DNA of 64,000 nucleotides from Bacillales bacterium UBA1719 (GTDB lineage Bacteria > Bacillota_I > Bacilli_A > RFN20 > CAG-826), in contig DCIT01000003.1 of NCBI GenBank assembly GCA_002317145.1, forward strand, positions 23,492-87,491, in the 5' to 3' direction. The number at the start of each line of letters is the position of its first letter. Position 1 is the first letter of the stretch. Shown one piece after another: positions 43,720 to 51,779 of this stretch. The position numbers and the translations under genes were made by a program. The notes beneath the pieces were generated by a model that saw only the letters and a list, made by a program, of their open reading frames with translations, made no database searches and was not told the origin of the DNA.

Positions 43720-44059
43720 TATGGAATACATTGAGTGGAAATCATTTAAACAACATAGAGATTCTAAATCGGATTTATGTCCTGGTTATATTTTAGATGA
43801 TCAATCTCGCTTTATTATGGAGCCTGGTTTTTACACTCAACTTCAAACCTTTAAATCGTTTCATCCAGAACAATTTAATATTGTTCTTAATGCAATTAAT
43901 GAAAGAGTTAAGAAAAATAAAAAGGTATTTTTCACTGTAGATGTCGAACATCCATTCATTGAATTAAGTGATTATATTTATTTAGAAATTACTGATATAC
44001 TTGACCCATTGCATATTTTTGTAGAAGATAAATCTAGAGGTAGCGATTATGGCGATTAA
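43700..44059 (+). CDS. hypothetical 119 aa protein, co-operonic with the RimK-like ligase
   Basis: Overlaps the rlmH end by 20 nt and the ATP-grasp start by 11 nt. No recognisable motif. Confidence 0.45.
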   Translation: MRSIINSMEYIEWKSFKQHRDSKSDLCPGYILDDQSRFIMEPGFYTQLQTFKSFHPEQFNIVLNAINERVKKNKKVFFTVDVEHPFIELSDYIYLEITDILDPLHIFVEDKSRGSDYGD

Positions 44060-44918
44060 AGGATATTTAGTTCATAACATCACTCAGCACAGTGATAAAT
44101 TTTTAACACAATTAAATATTTGGAAAGACGCATTTAAAGAAAATCATATCGATTTAATAGTGATAAATAATTTAATTGCTTTTAATACGATTAAGAATGA
44201 TAAAGATGCTAAATTCGTTTTATTCTATGATAAAGATATCGCGTTAATGTATGAGTTATTATCGCTTAACATTCCTTTATTTAATAATGTTGATGCTGTT
44301 AGATTATGTGATGATAAAGCTTATACGTACGCGTATTTGATAAAGAATAAAATCAGCACTCCAAAAACAATTGTATTACCATTAACATTCTTCAAACATG
44401 TCGATTCATTTTTTAAAGAAATAAAGGAATTAATTAATATCGAAAATATTAAATATCCATTAATTGTTAAAGAAAGAAGAAGTTCTTTAGGATTAGGAGT
44501 TTATTTAATTAAATCTGATCAAGAACTATTAAAAGTAATTAAAGAAAAAGGCGATAGAGAATTAATTGTTCAAGAATATATTGGATATGAAGTAGGCACT
44601 GATTATCGTGTATATTTAATTAATCATCGCCCAAAAATTGTTGTCACGCGCGTAAATAAAAAGGATTATAGAAGTAACGTTGAACTAGGTGGCAAGATGT
44701 CACTTATCAAAAATCCTGATGAAGAATTATTAAAGATTGCAATGAAAACTTCTTTAGCATTAAAGATGGATTTCGGAGCTATTGATATAGTTAAAGATAA
44801 AGATAATAAGTATTATGTATTAGAAGCAAATTCTAATGCTCGCACAATGAATCTTGATAAGTTATCTAAGCAATCAATTTCGAAAGAAGTTGTAAAATAC
44901 ATTATTGAAAATATCTAA
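44049..44918 (+). CDS. RimK-family ATP-grasp ligase (alpha-L-glutamate ligase-like)
   Basis: Blockwise similarity to RimK: PLIVKERRSSLGLGVYLIK, LIVQEYIGYEVGTDYRVYLI, DYRSNVELGG and GAIDIV...YVLEANSNA. Confidence 0.75.
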   Translation: MAIKGYLVHNITQHSDKFLTQLNIWKDAFKENHIDLIVINNLIAFNTIKNDKDAKFVLFYDKDIALMYELLSLNIPLFNNVDAVRLCDDKAYTYAYLIKNKISTPKTIVLPLTFFKHVDSFFKEIKELINIENIKYPLIVKERRSSLGLGVYLIKSDQELLKVIKEKGDRELIVQEYIGYEVGTDYRVYLINHRPKIVVTRVNKKDYRSNVELGGKMSLIKNPDEELLKIAMKTSLALKMDFGAIDIVKDKDNKYYVLEANSNARTMNLDKLSKQSISKEVVKYIIENI

Positions 44919-44920
44919 AA

Positions 44921-44958
44921 AAAATGACTTCTCGCGAAGTCATTTTTATTTTTATTTT
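44921..44958. terminator. bidirectional rho-independent terminator (convergent genes)
   Basis: Palindrome aatgacttctcgcgaagtcatt flanked by an A-run and a T-run. Confidence 0.6.
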
Positions 44959-46061
44959 TGTGGTGCAGTATATCTAAGCGTACGCATGCTGAGCCACATA
45001 ACACGAACACCGCAGCATAATACGAATAGCATCATTGCTAAACTACTGGATATAAATCCAATTAAAGATAAGATACCTGGAGTTAAGCTTGCATACATTG
45101 CAATCTTTTCACTGTCCCAGAATGTATAAATTCTAAATGGATTATTTTTACCACGAGTTAATACCCATACCATGAATCCCATGAATATTAATACACCGCC
45201 GTTAATACCTAAAACGATATATGTTGATCTCCAAGTATTGTTATGACGAATATTAATGTATCCTTCATTAAAGAAGCCTTTCCATTTAGTTAATGTTCCA
45301 GCTTGGTGACCCGCTTCATCAAAGAAGTCGTGTAAGATATCTGTTCCAACTTTGGTGTGATCATAATCGAATAACATCGATCCTGTAGTAGTACCAGAAC
45401 CTTTTAAATTAAAGTTGGCACCAAAGAATTGATCTTTACTAAATACCATGAATGCATTATTGCGTGCTAATTTAGTATCGATTGAGCCATCATCTTTTCT
45501 AGTCACTCTCATGCATTGATCAGTATTATACGGATTTACGTTACCTGCAATGTAAGTATAGAATTCAGCGAATGTTAAATCTTTATTTGTTTTAACATCG
45601 TGAACGTTACCATCATAATAGAAAACCTCAAATAATTTAGTTCCTTGATCTTCGTATGTAAATGCAGTGAGTTTATCTAATTGAGCTCTGTGATTATAAC
45701 CGGTGATGTTATCAAATGTCGCGCCAACACCAGCAATGTTTTCCCAAGTTCCGTTTTCAAAAACCATTTCATGTTTATTTTTATTTCCATCTTTTTCGAT
45801 GATTTTCATTTTAACTGTTGAACTTTTGTTCATTTCGCCAAAACGATACAAACCATCATCAATGTTATTTGTGGTATTTACCCAGTTTTGTCCTTGAACT
45901 TGGAAACCAGTGATACAAATTGGTAAGCATGCAAGGAATAATGCAACTACAGCAAAAACAACAGGGAAAATGTTATATTTCTTTTCTCTAGTTCTCGCAG
46001 CTTCAACGCAGGCATTATTATTAATTAATGTTTTTAAAAGTAAAATAATATGTTTTTTCAT
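44952..46061 (-). CDS. hypothetical membrane-anchored protein (N-terminal TM, ~250 aa ectodomain, 2 C-terminal TM)
   Basis: 369 aa. Hydrophobic N-terminus and C-terminus. No family recognised. Confidence 0.5.
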   Translation of the reverse strand: MKKHIILLLKTLINNNACVEAARTREKKYNIFPVVFAVVALFLACLPICITGFQVQGQNWVNTTNNIDDGLYRFGEMNKSSTVKMKIIEKDGNKNKHEMVFENGTWENIAGVGATFDNITGYNHRAQLDKLTAFTYEDQGTKLFEVFYYDGNVHDVKTNKDLTFAEFYTYIAGNVNPYNTDQCMRVTRKDDGSIDTKLARNNAFMVFSKDQFFGANFNLKGSGTTTGSMLFDYDHTKVGTDILHDFFDEAGHQAGTLTKWKGFFNEGYINIRHNNTWRSTYIVLGINGGVLIFMGFMVWVLTRGKNNPFRIYTFWDSEKIAMYASLTPGILSLIGFISSSLAMMLFVLCCGVRVMWLSMRTLRYTAPQK

Positions 46062-46161
46062 TGCTTGATAAGTATATTATGAACTAGATTCATAATCAAA
46101 TAATCTTTTTTATTATTTCTTTAGAAATGATAAATTATTTAAAAATTGGTATACTATTTGC

Positions 46162-47193
46162 ATGGCAAAAACTAAGAAAAAAACTTCAACTGTGAAACAA
46201 GAACAAGTTGAAAGTAAATACTACGAACAAAAAACTTATGAGACCAAAGAATTAATTTCAATTTTTGGTATTGTAGGATGTTTCTTGATAATCATTGTAG
46301 GATTATTTACTCCGATGATTAAAGCAAATGGAGCATATTTAACTCCAATTAATTATTTTATTAAAAACGGAATTGATGCAATAACAAAAGCGGGACAAGG
46401 GACTGGCACTTGGCTTGGAATTGCTCATTATGTATTAGTATTAGGATCGTGGCTTTTAGCGTTTATATCAACTGGTCTTTTATTAGCATTTTGGATACTA
46501 AAAATAGTTCACTTCTTTAGAGATAGACATTCAACATTTGATTACAAAAAACTAAATAGATGGATGTGTGGATTTATTCTCCCTTATATTTTAGTCGTTT
46601 GTTCAACACTTATTGGATTATTCCCTAACGATATAGAATGCAGAATTGGATATGGCACTATCGTAGTTTTCTTAGGATTAATCGGATTTTTAGTGTTTGA
46701 TTCAGTAAATTCAATAGACGAGATAAAAGATAATTTAGGTATATTTGTTGTTGAAAAAGTTTTAACTATTTTTATTATCGCATTACCATTTTGGTATGGT
46801 TCGGTATTTAGTTTTTATGATGGAGACACTTTAATAAATACTTTTAGTCCTTATTGTCTTACTTGGCAGTTGTTTGCTGGAGGCAGCGATTTATTAACTG
46901 GAAATCCAATATTACTATTAACTGCGATTTTCTTTGTTCATATTTCAATAGTGTTTATTCCTTTAATTGTAAGAGCGATAAATAATACAACAAAAATTAT
47001 TTTCTCTTCTATTACGTTTGTAGTTTTAACTATTGGTTTCTTATTAATGCAACTTTACACTAAAAGTGGTAAAAACAACGTCCTATATATTAGCACAACG
47101 TTCTATTTATTATATATAGGCGTCTTAGCAATATTATTCTTAGCAGTTGCCCAAGTTATTCAAAATAGACCAGATAAGATAAAACAAAACTAA
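46162..47193 (+). CDS. hypothetical polytopic membrane protein (8-9 TM)
   Basis: 343 aa, hydrophobic throughout, divergent from the preceding gene. Confidence 0.5.
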   Translation: MAKTKKKTSTVKQEQVESKYYEQKTYETKELISIFGIVGCFLIIIVGLFTPMIKANGAYLTPINYFIKNGIDAITKAGQGTGTWLGIAHYVLVLGSWLLAFISTGLLLAFWILKIVHFFRDRHSTFDYKKLNRWMCGFILPYILVVCSTLIGLFPNDIECRIGYGTIVVFLGLIGFLVFDSVNSIDEIKDNLGIFVVEKVLTIFIIALPFWYGSVFSFYDGDTLINTFSPYCLTWQLFAGGSDLLTGNPILLLTAIFFVHISIVFIPLIVRAINNTTKIIFSSITFVVLTIGFLLMQLYTKSGKNNVLYISTTFYLLYIGVLAILFLAVAQVIQNRPDKIKQN

Positions 47194-47282
47194 TTTTGAC
47201 ATTATTAATATCTAATGATATTGTTTATAGGCACACTTTCTTTAGATACACATGAGATCTAAGGCAGGAGGTATATAAGATT

Positions 47283-47498
47283 ATGAAAAAAGGCATTCAT
47301 CCAAATTATCAACGTTGCAAAGTCACTTGCGTTTCTTGCGGTGCGACTTTTGAGACTGGTTCAGTTTTAAAAGAAATTAAAGTTGATTCTTGTTCAAATT
47401 GTCATCCATTCTATACTGGAAAACAAAGATTTGTTCAAGCTGCTGGACGTGTTGATCGCTTCAATAAGAAGTACGGTCTTAAAAACAAAGCTAACTAA
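47283..47498 (+). CDS. rpmE: 50S ribosomal protein L31 (zinc-ribbon type A)
   Basis: MKKGIHPNY, CxxC...CxxC zinc ribbon, 71 aa. Confidence 0.93.
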   Translation: MKKGIHPNYQRCKVTCVSCGATFETGSVLKEIKVDSCSNCHPFYTGKQRFVQAAGRVDRFNKKYGLKNKAN

Positions 47499-47519
47499 TA
47501 ATTAGCAATTAAATTAATA

Positions 47520-47542
47520 ATAACGGCTTCGGCCGTTTTTAT
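47520..47542 (+). terminator. rho-independent terminator after rpmE
   Basis: aacggcttcggccgtt followed by TTTTT. Confidence 0.7.
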
Positions 47543-47594
47543 TTATAAAATATAAATAAATGTTATAATTTTATTTGTAAGAGGTATTTCTCAT

Positions 47595-49181
47595 ATGAAA
47601 AACAAATTTTACATTACCACTCCAATTTATTATCCAAGTGGAGACGCGCACATCGGTCATGCATATTGCACAACATTATGTGACATATTAGCAAGATATA
47701 AAAGATTAAGAGGTTTTGAAACCTATTTTTTAACAGGGACTGATGAGCATGGTCAAAAGATAAAAGAGCATGCCAGCAAAGCAAATAAAACACCTCAAGA
47801 ATATGTTGATGAAATAGTCTCTAAGTTTAAAAAACTATGGGAATTAATGGAAATTAGCAATGATGATTTTATTCGTACCACTGAACCTAGACATATAAAA
47901 GTTGTCCAAGAAATGTTTTCTAAAATGTATAAAAAAGAAGATATTTATTTAGGTAGTTATAAAGGTTGGTATTGCACTGAATGCGAAGCTTTCTGGACAG
48001 ATATTCAAGCAGGACCAAATCATTTATGCCCTGATTGCAATCGTCCAGTACACGAAGAAACAGAAGAAAGTTATTTCTTTAAATGCTCTAAATATGTAAA
48101 TAATATTTTAAAGTTATATAACGATAACCCTAAATTCTGTTTCCCTGAATCTAGAATGCACGAAATGGTTAATACATTTATTAAACCAGGATTACAAGAT
48201 TTATCTGTTAGTAGAACTTCTAATGATTGGGGAGTGCCTATTTTAGAAAATAAAAAACACACTGCCTATGTATGGTTAGACGCTTTAACAAACTATATTT
48301 CAGCATTAGGATACGGCTCTAAAGATGATGGATTATATAAGAAATTCTGGGAAGATCCTAATACTGAAATAATTCATGTTATAGGTGCGGATATCTCTAG
48401 ATTCCATTGTATTTATTGGCCAATGTTTTTAATGTCCGCAGGATTAAGATTACCTGATAGAGTCTTCGTTCATGGTTTATTAAGAATTAAAGATGAGAAA
48501 ATGTCTAAATCAAAAGGTAATGTCGTTTCTCCATTCCCATTAGTGGAGCGTTATGGAGTTGATGCTGTTAGATATTATTTATCAAGAGAAGTCACCTTTG
48601 GAAGAGATGGAGAATTTACTCCAGAACAATTTGTAGAGAGATTAAATGTTGATCTCGCTAATCAATTAGGAAACTTATTAAATAGAACCGTTTCAATGAT
48701 TATTAAATACTTTGATGGAGTGGTTCCAGCTTTTAAATCTAATGTCACTAAATTTGATAAAGAAGTTGAAGATTTAATAAGTGCCACAATTAAAGAATAT
48801 GAAATTAATTTTGATGATTTAAAAATCACTGAAGCAATTACGACTGCAATGAATTTAGTGAATCGTGCAAATAAATATATTGATGAAACAACACCTTGGG
48901 TTTTATCTAAAGAAGGTAAACAAGAAGAACTCGCTAGTGTTATGTCACATCTAGCAAATTGTCTATATGTTTCAGCTATTTTATTATCACCAGTATTAGT
49001 ACATCAATCTAAAGGAATCCTTGATCAATTAGGAGTCCCTGAAGAATTAAGAAATTACAAATCTATTTCTAAACTTGGAGTAATTGGAAATATAAAAGTT
49101 AATAAAGGAGATCAATTATTCCCAAGATTAGAAGTTAATAAAGAAATCGAATATGTTAAGTCATTAATGCAAAGTAAATAA
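47595..49181 (+). CDS. metG: methionyl-tRNA synthetase (short form, no C-terminal tRNA-binding domain)
   Basis: HIGHAY and KMSKS motifs, zinc knuckle CTECEAF...CPDC, 528 aa. Confidence 0.95.
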   Translation: MKNKFYITTPIYYPSGDAHIGHAYCTTLCDILARYKRLRGFETYFLTGTDEHGQKIKEHASKANKTPQEYVDEIVSKFKKLWELMEISNDDFIRTTEPRHIKVVQEMFSKMYKKEDIYLGSYKGWYCTECEAFWTDIQAGPNHLCPDCNRPVHEETEESYFFKCSKYVNNILKLYNDNPKFCFPESRMHEMVNTFIKPGLQDLSVSRTSNDWGVPILENKKHTAYVWLDALTNYISALGYGSKDDGLYKKFWEDPNTEIIHVIGADISRFHCIYWPMFLMSAGLRLPDRVFVHGLLRIKDEKMSKSKGNVVSPFPLVERYGVDAVRYYLSREVTFGRDGEFTPEQFVERLNVDLANQLGNLLNRTVSMIIKYFDGVVPAFKSNVTKFDKEVEDLISATIKEYEINFDDLKITEAITTAMNLVNRANKYIDETTPWVLSKEGKQEELASVMSHLANCLYVSAILLSPVLVHQSKGILDQLGVPEELRNYKSISKLGVIGNIKVNKGDQLFPRLEVNKEIEYVKSLMQSK

Positions 49182-49192
49182 GGAGGTTATTT

Positions 49193-50488
49193 ATGTACAA
49201 ACCAAAAATGCAATTAACAAAAGAACAACTCGCTATCCTTAATGGATCAGAAGGAGAAATCAAAGCTAAAGTAATGGAAACTTTAGTAAGATTCGGAGAC
49301 ATCTTTAACGCTAGTAAATTAGTTAAAGTTACTCATGGAAAAGGACACTTAGTCACATCGTTTGGAATATCCATGTTAAAACCAATTTTTAACACCATGG
49401 ATAAAATCAATAATGCAGGATTAACTGTTAAAGAAGGATTCACAATGGATCCTCGTCCAGTAGATTTTAAAAACGTTCCATGCAATCTATTAGACAAAAT
49501 TATTTATAGTAAAGTTTTATACTCTACTCAAAAGAAGTATGAGGAACAATTATTAAAAGCCGGACTAAAGAATAAAGATGATTTCTCATGTACTTGTTAT
49601 TTAAAAGAAGTTGGTAATACTCCAAAAGAAGGAGATGTCTTAAGCTGGGCCGAATCTAGCGCAGTAGTTTATGCTAACTCTGTCTTAGGAGCAAGAGTAA
49701 ATAGAAACTCAGGTATGTTAGATTTATTCGGATCTATCGTAGGTTATGTTCCATATTTTGGATTATTAACTGATGAAGGAAGAAAAGCAACATGGAAGAT
49801 TGTTTTAAAGACTACTAAACTTCCTGAAGCACAAATTCTAGGATCCACAATTGGTATTAAAGTTATGGAAGAAGTTCCTTATGTTTATGGATTAGATAAA
49901 TATTTAGGACATGAAATTAACGATGATGTTATTTCTTATTTAAAAGACTTTGGTGCTGCCACAGCAAGTAATGGTGCAGTTGGTTTATATCACATTGATG
50001 GATTAACTCCAGAAGCAAAAAAGAAAAAAGAATCTTTAATTGCACCTAATGCAAAAGAATATGTAATTGATGATGCTGAATTAGAAAGAATATATAATTC
50101 CTATCCAATTATGTGGAAGAATAAAAATGCCTTACCAAGTTTATGCTTTATCGGATGTCCACATTTAACACTTAATCAATTAATTACTTGGTCGCATAGA
50201 ATTACTGAAGGATTAAAAGAGACAGGCAAAACAAAAGTTCAAGTTAAGACAGTATTTACCGCTGCTCCTCAAGTAGTAGAAGCGTTTAAGAAATATCCAG
50301 AGTATCAAGCTTTAATAAATACTAAAGCAACGATTTCTTCGATATGTCCTTTAATGTACACATCAAATCCATTAACAAAGAAACGTAATTTAGCAACATG
50401 TTCAAATAAATTAAGAACATATTCTATGGCGAGATTCTATAAAGAAAATGATTTATTAAATATCATTATCGGCAAGGAGGGAAAATAA
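49193..50488 (+). CDS. aconitase X (AcnX) catalytic large subunit (DUF521-like)
   Basis: The N-terminus (MQLTKEQLAILNGSEGE...KLVKVTHG...) and the Cys-containing blocks match my recollection of the AcnX/DUF521 family. 431 aa, followed by the small swivel subunit. Confidence 0.65.
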   Translation: MYKPKMQLTKEQLAILNGSEGEIKAKVMETLVRFGDIFNASKLVKVTHGKGHLVTSFGISMLKPIFNTMDKINNAGLTVKEGFTMDPRPVDFKNVPCNLLDKIIYSKVLYSTQKKYEEQLLKAGLKNKDDFSCTCYLKEVGNTPKEGDVLSWAESSAVVYANSVLGARVNRNSGMLDLFGSIVGYVPYFGLLTDEGRKATWKIVLKTTKLPEAQILGSTIGIKVMEEVPYVYGLDKYLGHEINDDVISYLKDFGAATASNGAVGLYHIDGLTPEAKKKKESLIAPNAKEYVIDDAELERIYNSYPIMWKNKNALPSLCFIGCPHLTLNQLITWSHRITEGLKETGKTKVQVKTVFTAAPQVVEAFKKYPEYQALINTKATISSICPLMYTSNPLTKKRNLATCSNKLRTYSMARFYKENDLLNIIIGKEGK

Positions 50489-50490
50489 AT

Positions 50491-50931
50491 ATGAAAACAT
50501 TTAAAGGTAGAGTAATTAATGGTGGCAACGCCACGATTAAAGCTGTTGTATCTCATAACGGTGTTAACTCATTAGCAACATTTCAAAGTTCAGTTATTAA
50601 AAAGAGCAAAATTGCTTATGGTTCAGATCAAAATAATAAAGATGTATTTAATGTTGAATTAACAGGTAAAGCTTTATGCTTACCACAAACTATCGGTTCT
50701 ACTACTGGTGGTATTGTTATTCAACAAATCTGCGCTTTAAAGATTAATCCAAAAGCTTTCTTATTCTCATTACCGATTGATTCATTAGCGGCTTCTGGAA
50801 TTGTTTTAGCTACTGTTTGGGAGAACTCTGATGTTATCGCTATTGATAATTTAGGAGATGAATTCCTAAAGACTGTTAAAACAGGTGATACATTAGAAAT
50901 TAAGGAAGACGGGACGGTTACTATTCTATGA
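50491..50931 (+). CDS. AcnX swivel-domain small subunit (DUF126-like)
   Basis: 146 aa with GKALCLPQTIGSTTGGIVI; pattern and size fit the AcnX/DUF126 small (swivel) subunit. Overlaps the degV start. Confidence 0.6.
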   Translation: MKTFKGRVINGGNATIKAVVSHNGVNSLATFQSSVIKKSKIAYGSDQNNKDVFNVELTGKALCLPQTIGSTTGGIVIQQICALKINPKAFLFSLPIDSLAASGIVLATVWENSDVIAIDNLGDEFLKTVKTGDTLEIKEDGTVTIL

Positions 50932-51779
50932 GAATTGCTATTTCAAGTGAATCTGCATTAGATTTAACTAAAGAGCAAATTGAACAGTATAAAATTTCTG
51001 TAATTCCTTTTACAGTTATTTTAGGTAGTGAATCTTATCAAGACGGTGTAGACATTGATTGTAATGGTGTTTATAAATACGTTAAAGATACTAAACAACT
51101 TCCTCGAACAAGCGCTATCAATCAATTTCAATATGAAGAATATTTTAGAAATTTATTAAAAGAAAATGATGTGGTCATTCATATCGGATTTTCTGGCGGA
51201 TTATCTAGTTCATTTCATATTTGTGAATTAGCCGCTCAAGAAGTTAAAAATGTTTATACTGTAGATTCTCAATCATTATCTTCTGGAACTGGTTTGCTTT
51301 TAATTTATGCTCGTGAATTAGCGGATGAAGGCAAACAACCTGAAGAGATTGTTCAATTAGTTAAAAATAGAGTTAAAGCAGTTCAAGCAAGTTTTGTTAT
51401 ACAAAACGTTGAATACTTATATAAAGGTGGACGTTGTTCTAAAATTGCTTTCTTAGGCGCGAACTTATTCCATATCTGTCCTCAAATTATTGTTAAAGAT
51501 GGAAAAATGGAACCTGGTAAAAAGTATCGTGGAAAACAATTTAACGTTATTAATCAATACGTTGATGATACATTAGAGCAATTCAATCATCCGGATCTAA
51601 AACATGTTTTTATTACTGATTCAGGATTATCAAACGATGAAGAACTTATACATAAAACTGTAAAAGAAAAACTTGAGAAAAGAGGATTTAAAAATATCCA
51701 TTTCTCTAAGGCAGGATGTACAATTGCATCTCATTGCGGACCTGATTGTTTTGGGATTTTATATATAAACGATAAATGA
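50928..51779 (+). CDS. DegV-family fatty-acid-binding protein (FakB-like)
   Basis: MRIAISSESALDL... DegV fold pattern, 283 aa. Confidence 0.85.
   Translation: MRIAISSESALDLTKEQIEQYKISVIPFTVILGSESYQDGVDIDCNGVYKYVKDTKQLPRTSAINQFQYEEYFRNLLKENDVVIHIGFSGGLSSSFHICELAAQEVKNVYTVDSQSLSSGTGLLLIYARELADEGKQPEEIVQLVKNRVKAVQASFVIQNVEYLYKGGRCSKIAFLGANLFHICPQIIVKDGKMEPGKKYRGKQFNVINQYVDDTLEQFNHPDLKHVFITDSGLSNDEELIHKTVKEKLEKRGFKNIHFSKAGCTIASHCGPDCFGILYINDK

Noticed and set aside
47499-47594. T-box leader upstream of metG, and a similar one upstream of serS
   Set aside because: The intergenic spaces (96 nt and 24 nt) are far too short for a T-box riboswitch. The only structure is the rpmE terminator.
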